The translations under genes were made by a program, and so were the position numbers. Below the pieces are notes generated by a model, which was given only the letters and a program-made list of their open reading frames with translations, searched no databases and had not been told where the DNA came from. Positions 15,376 through 24,624 of a stretch of DNA of 64,000 nt are shown here, one piece after another. How positions within the stretch are numbered: the first letter of the stretch is position 1; every line of letters starts with the position of its first letter. The DNA lies in the IMG/VR virus record IMGVR_UViG_3300045972_000138, positions 1-64,000 of that record; one strand, 5' to 3'.

Positions 15376-15609
15376 ATGTATTATAATGAATATTATCGTC
15401 ATGGCGAATATCGCTATCACAGCGAATACCGTCGCAATGACCACCACTGTTGCAATCACAATAGAGGATTTAATGATATGCTATTATTTCAATTAATTTC
15501 TCGCCGTAGTTGCTCACCTACACCACAATATATTCCGTATCCTGTAATGATGCCAGCAGTATATTCTGCACCGGCTTATTACGCTGGATATCCTTATCGC
15601 TTAATGTAA
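15376..15609 (+). CDS. Tyr/His/Pro-rich small protein
   Basis: Start moved to ATG 15376 (SD AAGGAGAG); the track's upstream part overlaps the terminator. Confidence 0.6.
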   Translation: MYYNEYYRHGEYRYHSEYRRNDHHCCNHNRGFNDMLLFQLISRRSCSPTPQYIPYPVMMPAVYSAPAYYAGYPYRLM

Positions 15610-15621
15610 GGAAAGTTTGAA

Positions 15622-15984
15622 ATGGACGAAACAAGAATACAGCATAAGTTTGAATTATTAAAAATAGCAAGAGAGATGCTGAATGAAGAATATTTAAATA
15701 AGCGTGCAGAAGATCACAATAGATGGATAGCAGCAAATGATCTAGCAAAATTACAAAATAGGTTACGAGTACCTTATCCGCCTTTTGTTCCATTTCCTAC
15801 AGAGGCAGATATATTGTATAAGGCTCGTGCTCTATATGCATTTGTGTACGACGAGACAGAAGAAGAAACTGTTGAGTCTATCCCGACAACCGATGTTGTT
15901 GTAGAAGAATACGCTGAAAAGATTATAGCGAAACCACACGGTGTATTGCCCGGCTGGATAAGACGATCGCGTAATGAGCAATAA
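15622..15984 (+). CDS. Phage hypothetical protein
   Basis: SD AAGGA; KFELLKIAREML...ILYKARALYAFV. Confidence 0.75.
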   Translation: MDETRIQHKFELLKIAREMLNEEYLNKRAEDHNRWIAANDLAKLQNRLRVPYPPFVPFPTEADILYKARALYAFVYDETEEETVESIPTTDVVVEEYAEKIIAKPHGVLPGWIRRSRNEQ

Positions 15985-16138
15985 TGAATTAGAACTATTA
16001 AGAATATTAAAACCACTATCTGCATTAGAACATAAAGATGTATTAATATCAATTTCTTGGATGGTATTGCAAATATTGCTGGAGCATAAAAGAAGTAAAC
16101 CAAATTTGACAGACACTAAGATAAATAGTAAACTATGA
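15974..16138 (+). CDS. Possible 54-aa hypothetical protein
   Basis: Below the track's cutoff; overlaps both neighbours (ATGA coupling at 16135). Confidence 0.35.
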   Translation: MSNNELELLRILKPLSALEHKDVLISISWMVLQILLEHKRSKPNLTDTKINSKL

Positions 16139-16365
16139 GAATTATAGAACTATTATTAGAAAAGCCAGTACAGTCATCTTGGATTGTCGACATCTCCCAC
16201 AATAGGCCTAATAAAACGATAACAATGCGTCTATCGAATGGCAGATCTTATTCTATACCCGGTATTACACGAACAACGTTTGAGCAATGGACACGGGCGC
16301 CGTCTAAAGGTAGATTCTTCCATAGATACATTGCTGGAAAATTTAAAGCAACCAGAATAAAATAG
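16135..16365 (+). CDS. KTSC-domain protein
   Basis: VQSSWIVDI...GRSYSI..W..APSKGRFFHRYI; late box at 16120. Confidence 0.85.
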   Translation: MRIIELLLEKPVQSSWIVDISHNRPNKTITMRLSNGRSYSIPGITRTTFEQWTRAPSKGRFFHRYIAGKFKATRIK

Positions 16366-16835
16366 TGAACGATACTAAATTCCAAGAAAAACTCGCAATA
16401 GGCACAGCAGGCGAAGATCTTGTATATCCGTGGCTTAAGGCAAATAATGGTTTTGTGCAAGATATGCGGTATCAAAAACACGAAAAAGGTAGCGGCCCGC
16501 GCCTAGAAGGTACAGAGGCTACAGTTGTACTACCCGACTTCGCAGTGTGGAATAAAAGTCCGAATAAAGGCAATTTTTTAGTCGATGTAAAGGTAAAAGA
16601 CTCTGTATACCCTGTTAACGGTAAGATGTGCTTTACAGTAGATAAGAAATTTGAAGATTATAAGAGATGCGTACAAATAATGAATATGGGATTCCTGAAG
16701 ATTATATTCATTTACGAAAACAGATTCTATGTATATAAAGATTCAGAAGTAACCTGTACAACAGTATATAACAACAAATATAGTAAAGGTACCGTATATT
16801 GTTTCGAACGCAATATAAAGAAGATTGAATATTAG
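16365..16835 (+). CDS. PD-(D/E)xK nuclease-like protein
   Basis: E..V...LPDFAV...LVDVKVK. Confidence 0.6.
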   Translation: MNDTKFQEKLAIGTAGEDLVYPWLKANNGFVQDMRYQKHEKGSGPRLEGTEATVVLPDFAVWNKSPNKGNFLVDVKVKDSVYPVNGKMCFTVDKKFEDYKRCVQIMNMGFLKIIFIYENRFYVYKDSEVTCTTVYNNKYSKGTVYCFERNIKKIEY

Positions 16836-16836
16836 T

Positions 16837-17109
16837 ATGGGTGATGGTAATTTTGCATTAGGCCCGCGTGGGTACAAAGATTCGTTCTTTGATAAAATGA
16901 AAAAGAAGCCAGCCGTACAGGCCGTATTAGATAATCTAAATGATTATACGGTTGAAGAGATTTCGAATTTACAAGGCTCACATTTTCCGCAATGGATAAG
17001 AGATGCACTTGTAAGAAAGAAAGAAGGAATGACTAAAGGTGATATTTTAGCTCGTGCAGAAAGCATAGCTGAAAAAATGAACGAGTATCACAGGTTAAAT
17101 AATAAATAA
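16837..17109 (+). CDS. Hypothetical protein
   Basis: ATG 16837 just after the upstream stop. Confidence 0.65.
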   Translation: MGDGNFALGPRGYKDSFFDKMKKKPAVQAVLDNLNDYTVEEISNLQGSHFPQWIRDALVRKKEGMTKGDILARAESIAEKMNEYHRLNNK

Positions 17110-17115
17110 GTATAT

Positions 17116-17189
17116 GCTGGTTTAGTATAGTGGTATTATGCTGCCCTCGTAACGCAGTGACATTGGTTCAATTCCAATAACCAGCACCA
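17116..17189 (+). tRNA. tRNA-Thr(CGT)
   Basis: GCTGGTT/AACCAGC, loop CT-CGT-AA, CCA; one anticodon-stem mismatch. Confidence 0.9.
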
Positions 17190-17192
17190 CCG

Positions 17193-17267
17193 GTCCCTAT
17201 AGTTCAACGGATAGAATGTGAGATTCCGAATCTCATGATACAGGTTCGATTCCTGTTAGGGGCACCA
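17193..17267 (+). tRNA. tRNA-Arg(CCG)
   Basis: TGAGA-TTCCGAA-TCTCA, A20 in D loop, CCA. Confidence 0.93.
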
Positions 17268-17286
17268 ATCTCAACAAGAAGGCTTA

Positions 17287-17493
17287 ATGGCATCGTATTA
17301 TAAAGAAGGTAGCAAGATTCAATTCGAAGGCTACAAAGGTGAAGTTACAAAGATAACAGAAACCTATAGAAAAAATGTGTTAGTGGTCAAGGTAACATCG
17401 TTTCCCAGAACCAAAGGTATAAATAGTTCATCATCGTTAGGGTTATTTGAATACCCGGACGGTAAATTAGAATTTATGGCATTCATAGATTGA
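17287..17493 (+). CDS. Hypothetical protein
   Basis: 68 aa with SD GAAGG. Confidence 0.6.
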   Translation: MASYYKEGSKIQFEGYKGEVTKITETYRKNVLVVKVTSFPRTKGINSSSSLGLFEYPDGKLEFMAFID

Positions 17494-17504
17494 TAAATAT
17501 AAAA

Positions 17505-17579
17505 CTCGGCATAGTTCAATGGATAGAACGGGGCACTCCTAACGCTCAAGTGTAAGTTCGATTCTTACTGTCGGGACCA
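17505..17579 (+). tRNA. tRNA-Arg(CCT)
   Basis: Loop CT-CCT-AA, A20, T arm, CCA; several G:U pairs and one mismatch. Confidence 0.88.
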
Positions 17580-17622
17580 TAATACACCTGTATTAGATAA
17601 ATACTAAACAGGATATAGTATT

Positions 17623-18093
17623 ATGGCACAAATAACTCCACCACAAACTGACGAAATGCTAGACAGGCATAGATTCTATGCCACTGTCGCTACGAGTTTG
17701 AGTTACGATAAAGATGCCGATGAAGCTGCTGTATTAACTCGGAACAGGTTGCACGCTCGTGTAGACGAGGTTGCCAATGTATCTAAACAATCGGCTGATG
17801 CATTATCCGAAATAAAAACCCAAGCAAGAACATTAGCAAGTATAGCAAGCGTTGTGTGGCTTATTCTTGGCGGCGGCGTCTCTTGGTATTTGGATAAAAC
17901 AATTACCAAGCTAGACAACTATATAGGCATTATTGAAAAAGATCAGCGCAAAATAGAAGATCTAGAAAAAGAAGTGGCAACATTGCAATCGCAAAAAGAG
18001 AGTATAGATGCTCTCAAGCGAGTTACTGGTACATTACAAACAGAAATTGACGAATTAAATACAAAGCGTAATCCATTAACGGGACCTCGTTAA
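17623..18093 (+). CDS. Single-TM coiled-coil protein
   Basis: Central hydrophobic helix, heptad C-terminus; late box at 17596. Confidence 0.7.
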   Translation: MAQITPPQTDEMLDRHRFYATVATSLSYDKDADEAAVLTRNRLHARVDEVANVSKQSADALSEIKTQARTLASIASVVWLILGGGVSWYLDKTITKLDNYIGIIEKDQRKIEDLEKEVATLQSQKESIDALKRVTGTLQTEIDELNTKRNPLTGPR

Positions 18094-18527
18094 TGAATCG
18101 TATTAAGGTATTTCTTGCTGCATTATTGTTGTCTGCATCTCTGCACGCAACTGAACCAATGGTTAGCATCGGAAACGTACCTTCAGGTGATAATATAACA
18201 AGACAAGAGGTGGTATGGTTTTATACACTGAAATATAAGACTTGGCCCGATGGCTCTTTAGTAAAGATTGTCTTGTTAAGTGACGATTCTCCAGATCACG
18301 CCGAATTTGTACGTAATGTACTAGGATTGACAGTTAACCAATATCGTAGGCAACTTGATTTATCTATAAACAGCGGCGCAGGTGTAAATTTAATTAGAGT
18401 AAGAACACCTGCAGAAATGATTAAGATTGTAGAAACAACGCCATATTCTTTAGGATATATTTCTAAAGATTACTTAATTTTACGTGGAGCAGATAAGAAT
18501 GTTAAAGTTCTTCGTATTGTTGATTAG
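18093..18527 (+). CDS. Small periplasmic-binding-protein-like secreted protein
   Basis: Signal peptide; ITRQEV..Y..K..TWPDGS, F...VLG...QYRR, EMIKIVETTPYSLGYIS resemble proteobacterial 'phosphate ABC substrate-binding-like' proteins. Confidence 0.7.
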   Translation: MNRIKVFLAALLLSASLHATEPMVSIGNVPSGDNITRQEVVWFYTLKYKTWPDGSLVKIVLLSDDSPDHAEFVRNVLGLTVNQYRRQLDLSINSGAGVNLIRVRTPAEMIKIVETTPYSLGYISKDYLILRGADKNVKVLRIVD

Positions 18528-19548
18528 TATTCTGTGTGTGTTTTCGGCACACAGCGAAGTTACATTGTCGGGCTATGCAACGGCAACGTATTTTAGTGAG
18601 CCCGATTATTCATTGCCTATTGGAAGAATAAATGCTCGAGCATATATACCATTGACAAATGAATTAACAATTTCTGCGGCAGTCACTACATTAGGTGATC
18701 CACTAGATGAATTATTCTTAAATTGGCAAATACCGACACCACCGCATTGGAAAGATGGAGACTTTACATACGCATTAAACATTGGTAGATACGGACGTAT
18801 AAGTTCCTTATACAATAGTGTCTTTGACAGTCCTGCAACGCACGGGTTAGCTATGCTACCTCCTGGGATTTATACATTGCGATTATTAAAGGCTGATTTA
18901 GATATGGCTGATGGTGTACAATTAATTGCACGTAAAAAAATAAATCACGAAGACTTGATTACTGTTAGAGCAGCAATTGGGACTGGTATAAAAAGCGTAA
19001 AAGAATATACAGACAAAGAATTACTAAATACCACCTTAGCTAAGGTTTATTCAGTTACCCCTGTAAATAATGGTGCCATAGATTTATCGATTGAATATAG
19101 TGATGATAATTCTAAATTTTATATATCGCACAACGAATTTCCGTATACATCGAACGTCCCCGGTATACCTAAACTGCAACAATCATTTGATAGAATCGGT
19201 GTATCATACGATTTAGGTTATATATTAGTCGAGGCCGAAATGGCACATACAATTGCATTGTATTTAAATAATGCAGGAACCACAGTTAATGATGAAACAT
19301 TTGATGGTGCAAGTATTGTAATACGCCATCCAATAAACGATGAATACACGATTTATACATCTGCGTCAAATATGAAGAATGTTAAGAATTATACTATGAG
19401 AACAAATAGTGTAGGAATAACATACACTAAAAATTCATACACGATTTCTGCAGAAATAATGGACGGGTCTGGAACAATGCACCCAAATCAGGATAATACC
19501 GGAACACAATGGTCTTCGTTTATCCTAACTTTCACTAAAACATTCTAA
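18499..19548 (+). CDS. Outer-membrane beta-barrel/porin-like protein
   Basis: Signal peptide from ATG 18499; alternating amphipathic strands; C-terminal Phe (TFTKTF). Confidence 0.7.
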   Translation: MLKFFVLLISILCVFSAHSEVTLSGYATATYFSEPDYSLPIGRINARAYIPLTNELTISAAVTTLGDPLDELFLNWQIPTPPHWKDGDFTYALNIGRYGRISSLYNSVFDSPATHGLAMLPPGIYTLRLLKADLDMADGVQLIARKKINHEDLITVRAAIGTGIKSVKEYTDKELLNTTLAKVYSVTPVNNGAIDLSIEYSDDNSKFYISHNEFPYTSNVPGIPKLQQSFDRIGVSYDLGYILVEAEMAHTIALYLNNAGTTVNDETFDGASIVIRHPINDEYTIYTSASNMKNVKNYTMRTNSVGITYTKNSYTISAEIMDGSGTMHPNQDNTGTQWSSFILTFTKTF

Positions 19549-19551
19549 AAG

Positions 19552-19576
19552 AAAAAAGGCACCTAGGTGCCTTTTT
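19552..19576. terminator. Bidirectional terminator between convergent genes
   Basis: AAAAAAGGCAC-CTAG-GTGCCTTTTT. Confidence 0.88.
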
Positions 19577-19593
19577 GTTTGATTAAATCCTAA

Positions 19594-20019
19594 TTAAAGA
19601 ATTAAATCTGCCTGACCTGCTGTAGTAGCAGGTTGCGTTGACCAACTATAGCTTGTTACAGCGATATTGATTGGTGCACCGACTTCTGCAGGTGTTGTTT
19701 TTGCAACGTTGAAAATATCAACGCGGAATTGTGCAATCTTAGCGCAAGGTAATGCAGAACCACCAAACGGTGTTGCAAGAACAAAACACTGACCTGGAAG
19801 TAATCCAGATAATGCACTTGCATTTACCATAAACACTGTCTCTGGTGCATGTACCAATGCAGCATCTTGCACTACATAGGCGTTAGAACCCGTTTGCTTA
19901 ATAATGTAAGCACCTGTTGCTGTTGTACCATCGGCGAATTTAACACCGTTAACTTTGATGTGACCAGAACCTGCTGTTACTGGCAATCCGAACCATTTCT
20001 TTTGAATTGGGCGACCCAT
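19594..20019 (-). CDS. Putative virion structural protein
   Basis: SD AGGAG and late box GATAAATA (20101-20108, - strand); small-residue-rich, MGRPIQKKWFG. Confidence 0.75.
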   Translation of the reverse strand: MGRPIQKKWFGLPVTAGSGHIKVNGVKFADGTTATGAYIIKQTGSNAYVVQDAALVHAPETVFMVNASALSGLLPGQCFVLATPFGGSALPCAKIAQFRVDIFNVAKTTPAEVGAPINIAVTSYSWSTQPATTAGQADLIL

Positions 20020-20121
20020 AATATACTCCTTAATGAATAGTTACTCCGCACATAGCGGGATCTACTTTATCCAACAAGGACCTATTTCCTCATTGTCTGC
20101 TATTTATCAAAATTAAACCAG

Positions 20122-20150
20122 TTGACACATCTTTACACCTATAGCATAAT
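20122..20150 (+). promoter_or_regulatory. sigma70-type promoter of rII operon
   Basis: TTGACA-17 bp-CATAAT. Confidence 0.75.
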
Positions 20151-20183
20151 TGAGGCTAGTAACAAACACAGAAAGACCACACA

Positions 20184-22310
20184 ATGAAGATAGAAGCAGA
20201 TGTTAACGAAGTCGTGCTATCTAATGTAGGCACCGTAGGCGAATTCCGCATTCGCAATAGTGCTAAAGCATTCTCCATCCTGTCTAGCGGATTGTATAGT
20301 AACAAGATCCGTGCAATCGTCCGTGAACTTAGTTGCAACGCAATTGATAGTCACGTTGCCGCAGGTAAACAAGATGTACCGTTTGAAGTGCATCTTCCTA
20401 CTGCGCTCGAACCTTGGTTCTCCGTTCGTGACTTTGGTATTGGTTTAGACAACAACCAAGTAACAAACATTTACACAACCTATTTTGAATCTACAAAGAC
20501 AGATTCCAATGATTACATTGGTGCGCTAGGTCTTGGATCAAAATCTCCGTTTAGCTACACAGAAAATTTTACTGTTACTGCTATTAAGAACGGTACGAAG
20601 CGTATTTATAGCGCATTCATTAACGAAATGGGTGTTCCAAGTATTGCAGAAATGAGTCAGGAACTAACTGACGAAGGTAATGGTGTTGAAGTTAAATTCA
20701 GTGTTACCGAGAAATACGATTACAATAGTTTCGTGCATGAATCACAGTCAGTATTTAAGTGGTTTAAAAATAAACCAATTATTACCGGTGTTCGATTCGA
20801 ACACGAAGTAATAACTTACAAAGAAGAAAATATTGTTCCCGGAATTCACGTTTCTGCGTCAGGTTATGCATCTATGGCACTAATGGGTAACATTGCATAC
20901 CCGTTGAACAAGGTATCTGAACCTCAAAAACATTTTGGTGATCTTGCTCCATTGCTCGAGTGTGGATTAGTAATGGAATTTGGCATTGGTGATCTGGATT
21001 TTGCTGCATCACGTGAAGAACTTAGTTTTGTTCCAATTACGATTAGAAGCATCAAGCGTAAGTTAGAAGAACTCAATGAAAATCTAACAAAGCACTTTAC
21101 AGAAAAGGCCGATGCTATTGTGCATCCGTGGGCTCGTGCAGAATATCTGTATGAAGAATCGCGCTCTAAACTGTATTCTGCAGCAGTAACTAAGTATTGT
21201 GCCAACACAAAATTTGCGTTATATGACCCTACATCGTACCAGGGCAAGAAAACATTTAAATTCCCTATTAAAGATTTAGCCGATCGTGGCCTAGATGTTA
21301 CAGCATTTCATGTATACAGTGGTCGTAATCGCGGTAAAACAGGCAAGGGCAGCGAATATGTAAATGGTGGCTATGTTGAATCGTTATCAGTTCCTGTCGA
21401 TACTTCTGTTGTCATCGTACTGAACGACTTGAAAACAGGTTGTGTAGCTCGCGCATCTTATCATTACGTCAATCACTTTAGCGGAACAGCACTTGTTTAT
21501 TGCGTATCGCACAAAGATGAAGATCTTGCTACACGCCAACTCGAATATGATAAATTCACGGCAGAATTACACAACCCGCCAACAATTGTTAAGGCGAGTA
21601 CGTTGCAAAAACGTCCAGTGGCTAAGCGCGAACCATTATCAAATATAGGCATCGCTACACTGGTCAAGAAAGTAAATACAAGTAGATATGGACAAGATTC
21701 TTATAAGTGGGAGCCATATCAAAGTACTCTCGATGATTCAACAAATTACTATTTTGTATGTCTGAGTAACTACGAATCCGAAACATTAGACGGTAAGCCA
21801 TTCAATACCGAATTGCTGCGTCGCAGAATGTCAAATTGTGGTATCGACGATATTAAAAATATTATGATAATGGGTGTGCGTAAGACACGTATTAAAGAAC
21901 TTAAGGATCGCCCAAATTGGATTTGGGTAGAAGAGAAACTTAAAGAAGAAACGGCAAAGGTATCGGACGCACACGTTAAGGCAATGGTAGCCGCCGGTAT
22001 ACTTGACCATTGGGAAACAAGACCGTATACTAACGATAGTATAGCAAAAAGAGTTGGCAAAGGGTCTGATTATGCTAAGTTTGCAACTGAATGCAATGCC
22101 ATTAAGCGTGCATCAGGTGATGTAACAGATCTTGTAGAACTTTGCAAGACATATGGTAAATCTGTAAAGGTTGCTGAAGTGTCGCAGGCTCTCGAAGATG
22201 CTAAGAAGTTAGTTAAGGCAAAGTATCCGTTGATTAAGCACCTTGGTGGTGCAACGGAAAAAGAAATTGCAGATTATGTAATGCTGATTGATCAGCAAAA
22301 AACGATTTAA
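20184..22310 (+). CDS. rIIA: RIIA-like protein
   Basis: N-terminal GHKL ATPase (LYSNKIRAIVRELSCNAIDSH, VRDFGIGL, GALGLGSKSPF); paired with rIIB. Confidence 0.92.
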   Translation: MKIEADVNEVVLSNVGTVGEFRIRNSAKAFSILSSGLYSNKIRAIVRELSCNAIDSHVAAGKQDVPFEVHLPTALEPWFSVRDFGIGLDNNQVTNIYTTYFESTKTDSNDYIGALGLGSKSPFSYTENFTVTAIKNGTKRIYSAFINEMGVPSIAEMSQELTDEGNGVEVKFSVTEKYDYNSFVHESQSVFKWFKNKPIITGVRFEHEVITYKEENIVPGIHVSASGYASMALMGNIAYPLNKVSEPQKHFGDLAPLLECGLVMEFGIGDLDFAASREELSFVPITIRSIKRKLEELNENLTKHFTEKADAIVHPWARAEYLYEESRSKLYSAAVTKYCANTKFALYDPTSYQGKKTFKFPIKDLADRGLDVTAFHVYSGRNRGKTGKGSEYVNGGYVESLSVPVDTSVVIVLNDLKTGCVARASYHYVNHFSGTALVYCVSHKDEDLATRQLEYDKFTAELHNPPTIVKASTLQKRPVAKREPLSNIGIATLVKKVNTSRYGQDSYKWEPYQSTLDDSTNYYFVCLSNYESETLDGKPFNTELLRRRMSNCGIDDIKNIMIMGVRKTRIKELKDRPNWIWVEEKLKEETAKVSDAHVKAMVAAGILDHWETRPYTNDSIAKRVGKGSDYAKFATECNAIKRASGDVTDLVELCKTYGKSVKVAEVSQALEDAKKLVKAKYPLIKHLGGATEKEIADYVMLIDQQKTI

Positions 22311-22328
22311 CACAGAAGGAAACACAAA

Positions 22329-23408
22329 ATGAGTAAACCAGTTCCATATTTGCTTCAAGGCAAAAACATTATTTTGGTCATTGATGGCCAAAGTCACACA
22401 GTAAGCAAAGACACCCATATGAACTATGGCAAGATTGTCGATGCACTAAAGGCAAAGGACTGGGATGTTCTTGCCGACCTAGTTGAACCAAAGAAGGCAA
22501 TTGTTAATTTTGGTAAGGGCTATGTTACTATTGACAATGGTGTCGTATACTGGAAAGGCACTGTGTTTAACAACGCACTGGCCGGCCGTATGATTGAAAT
22601 GTACCAAGACGGTTTTCCAATTGACCCAATGATTGCATTTATGGAAAACTTGATGGCAAATCCATCTAAGCGTTCTGTAGAACAAGTATACGGTTTCTTG
22701 GAAAAGAACAGTCTGCCAATCACCGAAGATGGGCACTTCCTTGCATACAAGAAAGTACGTAAGGACATGAAGGATATCCATAGCGGTACTATCGATAACA
22801 GTATCGGCCAAGTGATTGAAATGGATCGCAACTTAGTTGACGACAATCCTGATTCACATTGCTCCACTGGTTTGCATTTCTGCAGTATTAGCTATCTGGG
22901 CGGTTTTGGAAGTCACGATGACCCCATTATGATCCTTAAGATCAATCCAGCAGATGTGGTAAGTATCCCAACTGACTACAATGGTGCTAAAGGTCGTTGT
23001 ATGAAGTACGAAGTGGTAGCTCAAGTTAACGGCGATCCAGCAGACGCATTTGCATCTGTAGTCGACAAGACACATGGAAAAGTTGTTAAAAAGACCGTTG
23101 CGGCAGTTAAGGCAGTACCTGCCGCTAAAGCACTTACACCACAAAGTGCCTGGCCCTTCCCTGTAACAGGTATGGCAGCAGCAACAGCAGCAGTACCACA
23201 GAAGGTATGGCCACCGGTTGCAGCAACACCTGCACCTAAGTCGGTAAACGGTTCGGTTGGACAATACGATGTGAAACGTAAGTCAACTGGCGATACAATT
23301 GCATCTGGTATTAGCTTGCACGAAGCTCGTACAATGGTAGCAAAGGCAGTAGCCCAGAAGAAGGCTGTGTTGCAAGTTGTTGATAGCAACGGAATTGTTA
23401 TTAAGTAA
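22329..23408 (+). CDS. rIIB: RIIB-like protein
   Basis: LPITEDGHFLAYKKVR, CSTGLHFC, KINPADVVSIPTDY..KGRC..YEVV; Ala/Pro-rich tail. Confidence 0.93.
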   Translation: MSKPVPYLLQGKNIILVIDGQSHTVSKDTHMNYGKIVDALKAKDWDVLADLVEPKKAIVNFGKGYVTIDNGVVYWKGTVFNNALAGRMIEMYQDGFPIDPMIAFMENLMANPSKRSVEQVYGFLEKNSLPITEDGHFLAYKKVRKDMKDIHSGTIDNSIGQVIEMDRNLVDDNPDSHCSTGLHFCSISYLGGFGSHDDPIMILKINPADVVSIPTDYNGAKGRCMKYEVVAQVNGDPADAFASVVDKTHGKVVKKTVAAVKAVPAAKALTPQSAWPFPVTGMAAATAAVPQKVWPPVAATPAPKSVNGSVGQYDVKRKSTGDTIASGISLHEARTMVAKAVAQKKAVLQVVDSNGIVIK

Positions 23409-23410
23409 TA

Positions 23411-23599
23411 AATGTGTGGTGTGGTAGCACTGGACGCGCACCTGCAGCTGGTAATCAGAGCCTATGTGAAAAATGCCGTGCATGGCATACATGCTTCTGA
23501 GATAAGCGGAGCAGCACTTCTCCCTACTAAGGAGAATGTAACTGCGGAGGCCCCTTAATGCAGGATGGGGAATTTAGGTGGGGTGCCTAAATACACGTT
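23411..23599 (+). ncRNA. Candidate ~190-nt structured RNA
   Basis: GC-richer intergenic stretch closed by AATGTGT/ACACGTT; at least 5 hairpins, potential H-type pseudoknot; followed by a terminator. Confidence 0.5.
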
Positions 23600-23600
23600 T

Positions 23601-23633
23601 AGTGGCAGTTGTTAATTCGGCTGCCACTTTTTT
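23601..23633 (+). terminator. Intrinsic terminator
   Basis: AGTGGCAG..CTGCCACT followed by TTTTT. Confidence 0.85.
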
Positions 23634-23649
23634 ATGAGGTAAATATGTT

Positions 23650-24462
23650 ATGCTAGATTCTGTGGGTTATATAGGTTACGGGTTTGTTGGAAAAGCATGC
23701 CACGAAGCATTTAAACATAATGCTAGTGCAATTATTGTAGATCCAAAATATTCTACAACAACAATTAAAGATTTAATAAGAGAACAACCAAGATTAACAT
23801 TTGTTTCCATAAACGCACCAACACTTGAGAATGGCAAGGTAGATGCAAGTGTAATTTATAATATCTTCCGTGAATTAGCAGATTTTACCCATAAGGGTAT
23901 TGTTGTATTAAAGAGTACGCTAACACCGGATATAGTAGAAGATTTAAATCAAGAATTTGGTAAAAAAATAAGATATGTCTATTCTCCGGAATTTTTAAGG
24001 GAAGCACATTGGGCGCAAGATGCAGTTACGCCACCTATGGTGATTATGGCAGGAGACTTTGCTGATTGTAAAGAATTAGAAGAAATATATGACAATCATT
24101 CTCATATAAAACTAACGCGGTTTGTTATGTTAGACTATAAAGAAGCAGCATTGGTTAAATACACTATAAATTCTTATCTTGCCGCTAAAGTAGTGTTTAT
24201 GAATCAGATATATCAACTATATACTGATATGTATAGTGCAGTACCAATGGCAATATCGTGGGATGAGTTTACAGAGGTATTATCATTAGATTCGAGAGTT
24301 GGCGCAAGCCATCTTAAGGTACCGGGTAATGGTGGCACATTTGGATATGGTGGAAGTTGTTTTCCTAAAGATGTGAAAGCATTGTTGGAATTCGACAAGA
24401 ATAAAAGATTATCTGTTTTAGCAGAAGCAGAACAAGCAAACACAAAATTACGTATTTCGTAG
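23650..24462 (+). CDS. ugd: UDP-glucose/GDP-mannose dehydrogenase family protein (short form)
   Basis: GYGFVG Rossmann motif, SPEFLRE, KY..NSYLA.KV.F.N, GYGGSCFPKD; only 270 aa. Confidence 0.88.
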   Translation: MLDSVGYIGYGFVGKACHEAFKHNASAIIVDPKYSTTTIKDLIREQPRLTFVSINAPTLENGKVDASVIYNIFRELADFTHKGIVVLKSTLTPDIVEDLNQEFGKKIRYVYSPEFLREAHWAQDAVTPPMVIMAGDFADCKELEEIYDNHSHIKLTRFVMLDYKEAALVKYTINSYLAAKVVFMNQIYQLYTDMYSAVPMAISWDEFTEVLSLDSRVGASHLKVPGNGGTFGYGGSCFPKDVKALLEFDKNKRLSVLAEAEQANTKLRIS

Positions 24463-24471
24463 GAGATTATT

Positions 24472-24624
24472 ATGTCAGCAGGAATTTTAAGAAGCAAGTA
24501 TATGTCTAGATTAAATAACGCAAAATATCCGTTTGAATATTTTTCTGTATTCAATGAATATGTTATGTACGAACTTGACATTTTTATGTATAATGTAAAA
24601 GAAATCATAAAACACAAGAATTGA
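24472..24624 (+). CDS. 50-aa hypothetical protein
   Basis: Below the track's cutoff; SD AGGAG. Confidence 0.55.
   Translation: MSAGILRSKYMSRLNNAKYPFEYFSVFNEYVMYELDIFMYNVKEIIKHKN

Noticed and set aside
23538-23572. Twister-like TAACTGC...GCAG..GGG
   Set aside because: The P4 helix and conserved loop residues are missing; kept only as a generic pseudoknot candidate.
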